Numbered from the stretch's first letter, positions 37,678 through 50,452 are shown. The stretch: DNA of 64,000 bases from Malacoraja senta (GCA_038087875.1 JAXLNO010000438.1:62001-126000), one strand, 5' to 3'. Program-made: numbers and translations. The notes: generated from the sequence alone by a model not told the origin.

Positions 37678-39420
37678 GTACACAAAAATGCTGGAGAAAC
37701 TCAGCGGGTGCAGCAGCATCTATGGAGCGAAGGAAATAGGTAACGTTTCGGGCCGAAACCCTTCTTCAGACTGATAGGGGGTGGGGAGAAGAAAGGAAAA
37801 AAGGAAAAGGAGGAGGAGGAGCCCGAGGGCTGGGGGAGGGGAGGAGACAACCAGAGGGCTGATGAAGGGGAGGGGACAGCCAGGGCTAGCAGAATTGGGA
37901 GAATTCAACGTTCAGGCCACCAGGATGTAGACTGCCCAAGCGGAATATGAGGTGCATTTCCTCCAATTTACGGTGTTGCTCGCTGTGGCCATGGAGGAGA
38001 CCCAGGACAGAGAGGTCAGATACGGAATGGGAGGGGGAGTTGAAGTGCTGAGCCACCGGGAGTTCAGGTTGGTTATTGCGGACCGACCGGAGGTGTTCGG
38101 CGAAACGATCGCCAAGCCTCCGCTTGGTCTCACCGATGTAGATCAGCTGGCATCTAGAGCAGCGAATGCAATAGATGAGGTTGGAGGAGATGCAGGTGAA
38201 CCTCTGTCGCACCTGGAACGACTGCTTGGGTCCTGGAATGGAGTGGAGGGGGGAAGTGAAGGGACAAGTGTTGCATCTCTTGCGGTTGCAAGGGAAAGTA
38301 CCAGGGGAGGGGGTGGTATGGGAGGGAAGGGAAGAATTGACAAGGGAGTTACGGAGGGAGCGGTCTTTGCGGAAGGCAGACATAGGGGGAGATGGGAAGA
38401 TGTGGCGAGTGGTGGGGTCACGTTGGAGGTGGCGAAACTGACGGAGGATCACTTGTTGTATGTGACGGCTGGTGGGGTGAAAGGTGAGGACTAGGGGGAC
38501 TCTGCCTTTGTTGTGAGTGGGGGGATGGGGAGAGAGAGCAGTGTTGCGGGGTATGGCAGAGACCCCCTAGTCCTCACCTTTCACCCCACCAGCCGTCACA
38601 TACAACAAGTGATCCTCCGTCAGTTTCGCCACCTCCAACGTGACCCCACCACTCGCCACATCTTCCCATCTCCCCCTATGTCTGCCTTCCGCAAAGACCG
38701 CTCCCTCCGTAACTCCCTTGTCAATTCTTCCCTTCCCTCCCATACCACCCCCTCCCCTGGTACTTTCCCTTGCAACCGCAAGAGATGCAACACTTGTCCC
38801 TTCACTTCCCCCCTCCACTCCATTCCAGGACCCAAGCAGTCGTTCCAGGTGCGACAGAGGTTCACCTGCATCTCCTCCAACCTCATCTATTGCATTCGCT
38901 GCTCTAGATGCCAGCTGATCTACATCGGTGAGACCAAGCGGAGGCTTGGCGATCGTTTCGCCGAACACCTCCGGTCGGTCCGCAATAACCAACCTGAACT
39001 CCTGGTGGCTCAGCACTTCAACTCCCCCTCCCATTCCGTATCTGACCTCTCTGTCCTGGGTCTCCTCCATGGCCACAGCGAGCAACACCGTAAATTGGAG
39101 GAAATGCACCTCATATTCTGCTTGGGCAGTCTACATCCTGGTGGCCTGAACGTTGAATTCTCCCAATTCTGCTAGCCCTGGCTGTCCCCTCCCCTTCATC
39201 AGCCCTCTGGTTGTCTCCTCCCCTCCCCCAGCCCTCGGGCTCCTCCTCCTCCTTTTCCTTTTTTCCTTTCTTCTCCCCACCCCCTATCAGTCTGAAGAAG
39301 GGTTTCGGCCCGAAACGTTACCTATTTCCTTCGCTCCATAGATGCTGCTGCACCCGCTGAGTTTCTCCAGCATTTTTGTGTACCTTCGATTTTCCAGCAT
39401 CTGCAGTTCCTTCTTTAACA
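37678..39420. mobile_element. Penelope-like element insertion as an inverted duplication (arms 37678-38506 and 38555-39383, plus tail to ~39420)
   Basis: Mirror-image GIY-YIG ORFs at 37886-38452 (-) and 38513-39175 (+). 17-bp TSD ACATCTAATCTGAATGT at 37663-37679 / 39418-39434. Confidence 0.95.
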
Positions 39421-41379
39421 TCTAATCTGAATGTCCGGTAATGTGGCATTTTGACACCATTAAACATATTGCCAAAAGAACATTTGCTGCAGTTATGTCC
39501 TTTGGCCATCTTTTGTCAGTTAGTGTAATGTTTAACCTGTCAGATGGGTATAGTCGGTTTTAACAGCTATTATCATAAAATGCCTTTAGAAATTTCCTTG
39601 CAACCTGTATATTTTGATGCGGATAAATTATGTGGGAAGCGAGAGTGTTTATGTACCAATAGCAATAACGACCCATGCTATGGCCATGTCATGATAATTG
39701 TCAGTCCTTCACAGAAAACATGCTTGCATCAATCTGTAGTGTGCATGGTTAAGCACATATGTTACCATGGTCCAGGATTTATTGACGCAGGTTGATCATA
39801 CGCTGAATAATCCAACCACATTTTTGTTTGGAAGTGGAAAGAAATAATAGAAATTGCATTCATTGCAACGTGTAAAAAGAGTTGAGATACTGTATTATAA
39901 TTTTGCTGCATGTCATTGTGGTATATATCATTGGTGAATATATTTAGTTTGTGACTTTGCTTGAAGCAGAAATAATATGTGAATGCTTCATTGAGCATAA
40001 TTCCGACTGGTAACTACACACTTCGGCGGAGCACATTATCGTACGTGTCATGCAAGCCGTCTTTAATGACCACCTAAACTGTCGTTTGGCAACCTAAAAA
40101 GCTGCCTAGGTTGCCCGGCTGACAACAGAAAAAAAAAGTTAAGTGAGAGCCCTGACTTATTGTCTATTGTTTATTAAAGTGAAATTGACAAAAGCAGATA
40201 TTTAAGAATATATCAGGCAGATGGTTATTGGAATGGTTAATAAAATGACATGTTAATTGAGTGGGCACATGAAACTAAGATCATTTGTGTCCAAAATGAA
40301 CATTGTCCATCAAGCATAGACAAAAATGCTGGAGAAACTCAGCAGGTGAGGCATGAGAGAAGGAATAGACAATGTTTCGGGTCGAGACCCTTCTTCAGAA
40401 ACGGTTGGATAGGGTGCCAATTCCAATGATTTCTGTGTCATTTGATAGAAACTGTTTATATTCTAGTGATCAGTTCATTTCCTATTTTACCGTGTATTTT
40501 CCATTAAATTGGGCCTTCCATTTCATTGTCATGCTGGCTTCTAAAACACAAACAGTGGCGCCAACATATTTGCGCTAACACAATTTATATTTTAAAACCA
40601 CATTGAGACTGGAAGTTGTAAGGAGCGGTTGGAACTGATTTTTTTTTTGTGCGGACACACTTCCTGTTGTGCTCTTGAAATTCCAATCTGGTGATCTCAC
40701 AGATAAAAGTTGCTGCCCACGGTTCACCATTCTGGTTCTAGTCACTGAGGGGGACTTTCAGGAAGCCACATCAGGGGGAGTTCCCAGGCAGTGTTCTGCT
40801 GTTAAATGCAAGTAATAAGCATCTGAATGGAGGCGACAGAAATGTTACCAAGTGTCCAGATATTTCCTCTAATATCACTTGGGACTCGATGATTGAATAA
40901 AGTACTGCTTGGTTCCAGTTCCAGTCAATTTATACAAGTTGAATCATAGGTTAGGTTTTTTGTATACAAAAAAATCACATTCATGTGTGAACTCTATTTT
41001 TAGATAATTACATACTTTTGGAATTTATAGCCCTTGATTTCTAACTGGAGACTAATTTCTGATAGTTACATACTGTTATGGAGAGGCTGGAGCCCTTGTT
41101 TTGTGCACAGAGGTTCAAGAAGAAATTGAGTGGGGAGGTTCAAGATGATAAAATATCTTGAAAGAGTAAGCAAGCCTCGTGACAATAAGCTGGTAGACAG
41201 ACAAAAGTAAACTGACGGGAATTTTTTTGGAATAAGTTATAAACTGGAAAATAATGATATGGAAGGGTATTGTGAGCAGATTTTCAAAATGGAACTGGAT
41301 AAATGTAGGGTAAAGGACAAAGATGTGGAAGTAATGGTATAACATTTTTCAGAAGAGCTAATGCAGGTGCAATGCATTC

Positions 41380-41680
41380 TTTAGTTTAGTTTTAATTTAG
41401 AGATACAGCGTGGAAACAGGCCCTTTGGCCCACTGAGTCTGCACAGACTAGCAATCATCTGTGCACTAGTTCTATCCGGCACACTATGAACCATTTACAG
41501 AAGCCATTCCTACAAACGTGCACATCTTTTCTATGTGGGAGGAAACCGGAGCATCCATAGATAACCCACATGGTCACAGTGAGAATGTACCAACTCTGTA
41601 CAGGCAGCACCCATGGTCAGCATAGAACACAGGTCTCTGGCGCGAGAATGTAGAAACTCTGCCATCACACCACTATGCCA
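41380..41680 (-). mobile_element. tRNA-derived SINE (HE1-like)
   Basis: (TTTAG)n tail and the same core as 31357-31655. Confidence 0.75.
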
Positions 41681-42394
41681 CAGATTATCTTACTGATTCG
41701 TTTGATGCTCCATGTCATTGGTCCCACTGCCCTGAGTGATGAGACCATACGACAGCCCTGCAATGGTACTGGTCTGTGTTGCAGGATGAGCTGCACCTCC
41801 AACCAGGACATTGTAATGCCTAACACTCTTAACATCGAACAATGTGATAAAACATCCATGTGCAAGAGAGCAGATCCATTTTGGCTAATTTCCATCCAAT
41901 ACGTCAACTCTGGTCATCAGCAATGTGAAGAAACCATAATCATCGGTGCTGTCAAGTGGCACTTACTCACCAATGACGTACTCTTATCTGCCCAGAACAA
42001 TTCTACTGCAGACCACAATCATGGTCTTTGAAGCATTGTGATTATTTTAAGAAGGGTAACGAGGAGAGATGGAGGTGATGGTGATGGAAAGCATGAGTTA
42101 TTCAGAAGCCCTGACAACTTGGAAAAGAAACCCAAGATTCACTCCCCTGCCACCCTGTACCGCCCTCCTTGGCATTAGTTTGTCAGATATAGATCCCAAT
42201 TAATTGTAATTTACTGTATTTGTTTTCTGAGTTTTACAGCTTTAAAGTATGCCACAACAAATCATGTTTTGCATTAGCTCAACAAAATGGTTCATTAACC
42301 TAATGAATAATTACACAATCACAAGTGTAATGACACGGATCTTTGCCGCCCCTTTCAAAACTGCAATGCTGTTATTTGTTAATGGAAGTCTTTA

Positions 42395-43135
42395 ATTTTT
42401 ATTTAGCGAATGCAAAGTCCTTTAGCCAAGCAGTTGCCTCTTGATCTGCTGTATGAAGGGTGACAAGTCCTCCTTTAAGTCTTTTTTGAGGGCATGCTTC
42501 AATGATGTGTTGCATTGTTTGCTGCTCTCCACAAGCACACCGTGGGGTTGGGCTGCTGCCCCATTTGTGAAGGCTGGCCAAGCAGGGGCCATGTCCAGTC
42601 CTGAATCTATTCAGCGTCATCCACTGCTTCCTTATGAGATTGGTGCCAGGGACCGGTAGGGTTGGGTCTGACACCAGATGTTTATTTGGGACGTCCTTGG
42701 ACTCCCATTCCTTTTTCCAAGCTGATTGGGTGGTGAAATCAGCTGGTGGTGGGTTCTTCCAAATTGGTCGTCTAGATGGAAGTCGAGCAGTGGGTGGGTT
42801 GAAGATGTCCATGTGAATTGGCAGATTAGGGGAGTTTTTGGTCTTTTGGAGCATCCTTTGAGTGAGGGCTACTCGCCGGATGTGTGGAGGGGCTATATTG
42901 GATAGGACAGGGAGCCAGGGGAGTGGTGTTGAGCAGATTGTTCCTGTGATGATCCTCATTGTTGAGTTCAATTGGGTGTCCACATGGTGTGTGTGGGATG
43001 ACCTGGACCAAACAGGGGCGCAATATTCGGCTGAAGAAAATGCAAGGGCTAGTGCTGAAATGCGCAGTGTGGGGGCTGCTGCCCCCCACTTTGAGCCAAC
43101 AAGCTCTTTAACTCTCCTATGTAACACCGCAACTT
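42395..43135 (-). mobile_element. Ingi/Vingi-like (I-group) LINE 3' fragment with intact 242-aa ORF
   Basis: ALALAFSSAEYCAPVWSRSSH...MRIITG...LPVLSNIAPPHIRR...LNRFRTGHG...CACG..QTMQHIIEACP. The non-LTR call is firm; the clade assignment is from memory of motifs. Confidence 0.65.
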
Positions 43136-43441
43136 GCGAAGTTATGTATTGCTGTCTTTTTTTAATTGTCTTTTACCGTTTATGCATCGAGTGATATTCT
43201 GGTATTCTTTTTTTTAAATGGTTTGTTCTATTGCCTGACACCTGTGTTAATTCCAAGCCATTGGGCTCTGATAGGCACCAAACCACTGACTCAACTGCAG
43301 TTATATACAAAATGAACTCCGACCTTAGACGAGACTAATTTTGTAGCCATTTCTCCATCTTTACAGTGACTATATATCCTGCAGTTTGGAAGGAAAAAAA
43401 GCACTGGAGCTTGTTTTTAAATGCTTTCATTTGTCTTACAG

Positions 43442-43514
43442 TTTCCATTTGCTGCTGCATGTTCATCCTGTTCCTTTTCTTGTCAGAACTGACTGGGTTC
43501 ATTGCCACTGAAAT
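43442..43514 (+). CDS. ERGIC1: ERGIC1 coding exon 3, 73 nt (first transmembrane helix)
   Basis: ttgtcttacag| ... (I)SICCCMFILFLFLSELTGFIATE(I) ... |gtaagt. Phase is compatible with exons 2 and 4. Confidence 0.96.
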
Positions 43515-45217
43515 GTAAGTAAACAGCATGCCTCTTGACCACTGATCTTATTGTAGCTGTGTGTAAATAAAGATGAAAGTTAATGGAATAGGCTGTGTTA
43601 AAATGACAACCGCTGATTTTTCTTAGCCCCGAAGCTCCCAGTGTTCCTTGTTAATAAAAAATTATCTTCCCAGTTTCTGTCTTCAGACCATTTAGAGCGC
43701 TCAGGGCATCATGTGTACTGTTACAAAGAATGCATATATTTTGAGTGGGTGATGGGCAGGAAGAGGAATGGGGAGTGGCCCTTTTTAGTCCCTTGAGCCT
43801 AGTTTGGTTTTATTTATATTGTAGCTAGTTTGCATCTTATTTTCATCTGATTTGTTTAATCCATAAACCTTTAGTACCTTTTACAAAAATCTATCTTTAA
43901 TTTTCCATTTGGCTCACCACCATCTTCACAATGGCAATAAACACTGGTTTTGCCAGAGATGCTCAGATCTTGAAATTGGGGGGGGGGGAATAGAAACCCA
44001 GCAATCCAAATTTCCATTGCACGGTGTGATGTTCTTTCTAACACCACCTCTAAATGACTTGACTGCAACTTAAAGATTTTTAAAAATCTTTTCCCACCCT
44101 TGCGTAATTTCTGTCACTGCACAGAATATAAGAAATGACAGACTTCTTTGTAGAAAATATTTTGCAGAAAGATGTTTTTTTTAAAATATTTTAATGGTCA
44201 TTGTGTAGTCAAAGCGCCAAACCCCAAGCCTGTATCAACCTTAACACCTCTGCACTCAACAAAACCTTGTTATAAGCAGGCAAATGCATTTGCTGTGCTA
44301 TTTAGCATTCTGGGAACTTGTAATGCATTTGCTCAGCAGCAGTCTCTTTCTCTGTCTACAAAGCATGACAACGTTTCCTGTAATTTATAATATAAAATGT
44401 GTCCAAGTACAAACAACCTGTTGATTAAAACATCAACGTGGGAGCAATAAGGCAGACAAATTGTTGATGGAGCTGCAGCAGTAAAGCAGGTTCCTGTAGT
44501 ATTTAAAATGGCTACACCTCCTGATTTCAACTCCAAACCGTGCTGTTGGTTTAAAAATCAAAGGCTGGTTAAGAGAGATTATTTTGAAAATGCAATTGGA
44601 GACCAAAATTGTCCTTTAAATAAGCAATTGTGAAGGCAAATGAGTCCATTCTCGTTAAGTAATCTGAAGAAGAAAATTGCAGAGAATAAACAGGCCTTAA
44701 ACCAAGTTTGGTGTGCATTTCTTGCCATACCTCTTACTGCACAATATAAATATATGTTTGATCAACAATGAGAATTAATTTTCTTTACTTGAAGTATATA
44801 TACTTTTTAAATCTTATCATTGGATACCAAGGCAAAGCAGTTCTCTTATTACAGAATCTAATTTCAAATTTTGACCCCAAGACTTCAGTGGCTATTTACA
44901 ATACTTTTTAATTAATGAGCAGGAAAATAGCGTCATCCCAAAGTATCAGTGTGAAGTCTGGATTGACCTGGTTGTGTTGGAATAACCTGATAATCACAGA
45001 CTTTCGCAGAACCTGAAAGAGAGTGGGAACTGGAATGGATTTGTGTTAATCTACTACTCCGCAGTGAGATGGTAACCAGATGAGTAACCTGATGAGTGAC
45101 GTACTAGGATTAGCGGAGGAAAAGCCGTGTTTCTATCTTTGGCAATCTCTACTAGAACACTTAACTTTTTCACATCACTAAATGTTCTTGGAATGAGTGG
45201 TTACTATTTTGTTGCAG

Positions 45218-45312
45218 AGTGAATGAATTATACGTGGATGATCCTGACAAAGATAGTGGAGGAAAAATTGAAGTAAATCTAAATATCACCTTACCTAACC
45301 TTTCATGTGATG
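45218..45312 (+). CDS. ERGIC1: ERGIC1 coding exon 4, 95 nt
   Basis: ttttgttgcag| ... VNELYVDDPDKDSGGKIEVNLNITLPNLSCD ... |gtgagt. Confidence 0.96.
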
Positions 45313-46215
45313 GTGAGTTAATGTAACCATTCATAAATAGTGGCAAGGGATTATTTAAAAAAAAAAGTAATTTCACCTGTCCGACTCATCCTTGTATTTT
45401 AAAGCCCTACAGATTAGATTTGTCTCTCTTGTATTTGGTTTCATATCTGCATTATTGCTGCTTTGTGGATAAGGAAACTGGTCCTTGTATTTTCTTGAGT
45501 GTTTAAATTTAAACTATCTTTATGGCTCTGAGTAAAACTGTTCTTTTAATAAATTACAGCAAAACTATGATTAATCCACACACTCGGGAATTTAATGCTA
45601 CTTGAATAGCGGATTTTTGGGACTATTGGATCTCACTCATATGGATATTATTTTTGTTTAGCTGTTGCACAGTGGTACCATAATAACCTTTCCAGTAAAC
45701 CCATTGATTATAAAGAGAACATGGGAAATTAGGCTGTGGTGAATTTAAATGAAGCTCCACAACAGGGCTGAGGTGAGCATGGGATCAGGGCCTTGGTGAG
45801 TTTAAAGCAAGTGAGGGAGTTGGGACCCCAGTATGTTTCGAGGGAGCTTTGGAAGAGGGTTATGGTGAGTTTAATAGAAATATGAGAAAGTAGGCTCTAG
45901 TGAATTTATAGGGGGAATGTAAGAAACGGGGTTCTGCTAAGTTTATAGGCAGCATGCAATGCAAGGCCCAGTGAGTTTATAAGGAGTGTGGGAGATGGCA
46001 ACCCAGTGAGTATAGAGAAATTGGTGCTTCAGTGAGTTTATAGGAAAGGTGAGAAATGGGGCTCCATAAGTTTAAAGAGAGAATAGAAAACGCATCCAGT
46101 GAGCACGTTGCTATCCATTCATATTTCTAAACACCAGGATAGTGGAGTATCAACTTTTTACTATATTCCAATACTGAGATCATTCCACTTTTAAAAGTTA
46201 TTTCTTGGTTTAGTT

Positions 46216-46436
46216 AGTGTAGGAAGGAACTACAGATGCTGGTTTAAACCGAAGATAGACACAAAATGCTGGAGTAACTCAGCGGGACAGGCAGCATCTC
46301 TGGAGAGAAGTAATGGGTGATGTTTCCAGTCGAGACCCTTCTTCAGACTCCAAGGTCACCTTGAAGGTCACCCATTCCTTCTCTCCAGAGATGCTGCCTG
46401 TCCCGCTGAGTTACTCCAGCATTTTGTGTCTATCTT
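46216..46436. mobile_element. Miniature inverted PLE-derived element
   Basis: ~70-bp inverted arms plus a one-sided tail. 13-bp TSD TCTTGGTTTAGTT at 46203-46215 / 46433-46445. Confidence 0.85.
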
Positions 46437-47040
46437 GGTTTAGTTTCCTAAACAGCTAAATGTAGATTATTGATTTAGGAAGCTAAATTAGCCAGATTTT
46501 TACATCAAGCCCTTTCATTTTCTTTCCATAGCTTAAGCTTTTAAAATTTTGTTCACAGATGTCACCCACTGCCTCTCGGCCTACCCCTGTTTAGCAGCGT
46601 TTGGGTCTAGTAGATGTAGGGATGGCAGTTGCTAGTTTATCCATTGATGGCCTCGTCCTGTGTGAACATATAGAAAAAAAATAATAAGTTGCTCCTGAAT
46701 GTCTTGCCTTTTTTAAATTATCCTGTATTGCCACCTCATTTGCAAGTGTGAGAGAGGATCTTGGCTTCAGAAGCAATCGTGTTCTTTTGGTGGTTTGGCA
46801 TAATATTTAACTTTTTATTTCTGTGTTCAGGATAGTGCGAAGATGGGTTCAGGGTTCAGTCACTGTAAATATAGTTCAATGACTGTAAATACAGTAGTGA
46901 AACATGTATATTCATCATTATTGTTAGCTTGGAAGTTCTCTTTCCCACAGGGCATAAAGCAAATATCAATTGCCTCTAATGTTTTTCATTGTTTAAAGTC
47001 TCTGGCCATTTCAAGACACTATTTTGTAAAGTCACAAAGG

Positions 47041-47136
47041 CAGTCTGAAGAAGGGTTTCGGCCCGAAACGTTGCCTATTTCCTTCGCTCCATAGATGCTG
47101 CTGCACCCGCTGAGTTTCTCCAGCACTTTTGTCTAC
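47041..47136 (+). mobile_element. Short PLE terminal fragment beginning at the hammerhead-like motif
   Basis: CAGTCTGAAGAAGGGTTTCGGCCCGAAACGTTGCCTATTTCC..., nearly identical to 8369-8466 and 39288-39383. Confidence 0.85.
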
Positions 47137-48692
47137 AGTCAATTTCATGATACCGGTTGGTAGTCCACTAAAGTACAAAATAATTCAAATTTTGAGATTA
47201 GATTAAGTCCTACATACCTGCATACAACATGAGGAAGTAATCATCAGTGTCATGTGGCCTTAAGAATTTTTTTTAAACCAGTTTCCCCCCCCCTCCCAAA
47301 AAAAAAAATTCCCTAAATTTAAGTTGTAATAAACCTTGTATGACTAATTCCTTTTTATAGGTCATCAGAAATAATTTTTGATATCGATTTAGATTTTCAT
47401 ATCTAAGTGAATTGACACACAAAACAATTTAACCTGCCGGTCTCAAACTAGTGATATCTTTGGAGACTAGTATTCAGTGTTTGAAATTTCAGAGCTTTGA
47501 AGTTAATCAACAAACATTTACTATTGTCATTGTTTCTTGGTTATTGATCAAAATGCAAATGTTTTTTTTTAAATTTTACCCAAGATAGCAAATCATGGAG
47601 TCATACAACATGGAGAGAGGCCATTTAATCCACCGAATCTGCACTGACCATTCTGTGTCTGAATGTTCCAAGTTTAATCCCATTGTATCTTGCCCTCATT
47701 TCAATCAGCTTGTGCCAAATTTTACCAGTCAGCCTAATGCCAGGGTCAATTTACACTGGCCAGTTAACTTGGCAATCCACGTATTCTTGGGGACTTGGAG
47801 CATCGCTGCAGGGGAGGGGAGTTGTGGGGGGGGGGGGTGTTTGCAGTATAGTGTGCAATCTCAACACAGACACCACTGGACACTGGAAGTCAGAATTAAA
47901 CTGGACTCCCGGAGCTCTGTGTTAGCTATGTCACCATGTCACACACCTCGCTCCATGCATTATGTTGTCCATGTTTATTGAGTTTGCTTTTACCGCTGGT
48001 TCTGAAGGGAGCAGCCAGTCTATGGCCCATCCACATTATGTACGGCTTGCAAGGACCTCGTGTAAGTGCAGGATGAGCTGAGCATGAACTCGACTACCAC
48101 TTCACTGGTCAGTGCCAGAGCTGGGCTTTTATGACTTGTATATTAGGAGGATGAAGGCATGTTGATGTTTAATGTGTGTTTAATTACGTTTTTTAAATTG
48201 TAAATACTTTATTGGAGAATATAATAAGTATTTAAATGTCCTCCCAGCTTTCATGGGGGTAAGGCTCTGTCCCAACATTGTTTCCTGTCGGGCGCACCAT
48301 GGCGATATGTTTTCTGGAGGCCAGTTCACAGTGAAAGCACACAGTCCATATCTTGGGAGTGGAGAATTGGCTGTTTGTATCCAGCCTAGGCTTTTGTAGA
48401 ACAGCGTAGCTGTCAGTGGGAGTCTGAATCTGGCTCGTCTTTGTGCACGGTGCTGTGGGCCAGATGGTCGTTGATCCAGCCACTCAGTTTTCGAGGGCAC
48501 CAAGGTCTCCAATTGACCTTGAGCCTGCCGTCTGAGACTATGGAGTGGGCTGCAAGTGGTGATACCTAGATCTAGGGCACTGATTTTGTGGCCCATCCTT
48601 GGCCTTGATGCTAGCTTGATGCTGTTAAAAGGACTTTGAATTGTTTGTAAAGACTCTTGAGTGGAGCCGCTGTGCCACAAGTGAATGATGTA

Positions 48693-50452
48693 CAGTGACC
48701 TCCATAATGTTTGGGACACATCATATATTTATTTGCCTTTATAATCCACAATTTGAGATTTGTAATAGAAAAAAATCACGTTGTTAAAGTGCACATTGTC
48801 AAATTTTAATAAAGGCCATTTTTAAACATTTTCTGTTTCACCATGTTGAAATTACAGCAGTCCCCCCATTTCAGGGCACCATAATGTTTGAAGTCTGCGA
48901 GTCATGGACATCAACAGCTGCTGGGTGTCTTCTCTGGTGATGCTCTGCCAGGCCTGTATTGCAGCATTCTTTAACTTATGCTTGTTTTGGGGGCTAGTCC
49001 CCTTCAGTTTTCTCTTCAGCATATAAAAGGCATGCTCAATTGGGTTCAGATCAGGTGATTGACTTGGCCACTCAAGAATTGACCATATTTTAGCTTTGAA
49101 AAACTCCTTTGTTGCTTTAGCAGTATGTTTCGGATCATTGTCTTGCTGTAGAATGAACTGCCGGCCAATGAGATTTGAGGCATTTGTTTGAACTTGAGCA
49201 GATAGGATGTGTATAGATGGCGGTCGGAGGGGAGAGTGGACGCTGGCGTTAAATTGCCGCTGCTCTCCTCAAATTGTGCTTCTGATTTTCTTTTTTTTTT
49301 TATTTTTTTTTTTTTATGTGTTTTTGGAAGGAATTCTGTCCCTGATTTATGTATTGGTCTTTATAACCTATTTTTTTAAATTCTGATTATATGTTTTCTA
49401 TAAATCTCTGTATGGTGTCCTTGAGACCTCGGTATAAGGCGCCCGTAAATAAAATCCATTATTATTATTATTATTATTCACTTCAGAATTCATTATGCTA
49501 CTACCATCAGCAGTTGTATCATCAATGAAGATAAGCGAGCCAGTACCTTCAGCAGCCATACATGCCCAGGCCATAACAGTCCCACCACCGTGTTTCACAG
49601 ATGAGGTGGTATGCTTTGGATCTTGGGCAGTTCCTTCTCTCTTCCATACTTTGCTCTTGCCATCACTCTGATATGTTAATCTTCATCTAATCTGCCCACA
49701 AGACATTTTTCTCAGAACTGGTTGCTCATTTAGGTACTTCTTGGCAAACTGTAACCCGATCATCCTATTTTTGCAGCTAATCAGTGGTTTGCATGTTGCA
49801 GTGTAGCCTCTGTATTTCTGTTCATGAAGTCTTCTGCGGACAGTGGTCATTGACGAATCCACACCTGACTCCTGAAGTGTGTTTCTGATCTGTCAGACAG
49901 GTGTTTGTTTGTTTTTCTTTATTATAGAGAGAATTCTTCTGTCATCAGCTGTGGAGGTCTTCCTTGGCCTGCCAGTCCCTTTGCAATTAGTAAGCTCACC
50001 AGTGCTCTCGTTCTTCTTAATGATGTTCCAAACAGTTGATTTAAGCCTAAGGTTTGGCTGATGTCTCTAACAGTTTTATTCCTGTTTCTCAGTCTCATAA
50101 TGGCTTCTTTGACTTTCATTGGCACAACTTTGGTCCTCTTTGATAAACAGCAATAAGAGTTTTCAAAGGTGATGGAAAGACTGGAGGAAAGACTAGGTGC
50201 TGAGAGCTCTTATACCTGCATTAAGGAGGCAATTAAACACACCTGAGCAATTACAAACACCTGTGAAATCATGTGTCCCAAACATTATGGTGCCCTGAAA
50301 TGGGGGGGACTATGTTTAAACACAGCTGTAATTTCTACATGGTGAATCCAAAATATGATTTTTTTTCTATTACAAATATCAAATTGTGGTGTACAGAGGC
50401 AAATAAGTAAATGAGTGACGGGTCTTTGTCCCAAACATTATGGAGGGCACTG
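48693..50452 (-). mobile_element. Tc1/mariner transposon, near full-length decayed copy of the same family as 2795-4635
   Basis: TA|CAGTGACCTCCATAATG...CATTATGGAGGGCACTG|TA with TA TSD. Transposase remnants MPMKVKEAIMRLRNRNKTVRDISQTLG and KHGGGTVMAWACMAAEGTGSL. Interrupted at ~49216-49478 by an (ATT)n-tailed insert. Confidence 0.94.

Larger units (their letters stand above)
36032..40154. mobile_element. hAT-like non-autonomous DNA element (~4.1 kb including nested insertions) inserted in a CR1 3' tail
   Basis: Termini CAGGGCTCAAAATTAA / TTAAGTGAGAGCCCTG match at 12 of 16 positions. GGTTGCC/GGCAAC subterminal motifs at both ends. The CR1 tail (…CTACTCCTGC) resumes as ACTTATTGTCTATTG after 40154. 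Confidence 0.7.

Noticed and set aside
38513..39175. Stand-alone or domesticated GIY-YIG nuclease gene
   Set aside because: The ORF start lies in the inversion spacer, the RT is missing, and near-identical copies lie at 7838-8267 and on the opposite arm.
37678..39383. Assembly fold-back artefact as the explanation for the palindrome
   Set aside because: The arms differ at a few sites, the ends are asymmetric, a 17-bp TSD flanks the unit, and small versions of the same structure occur elsewhere. Long reads would settle it.
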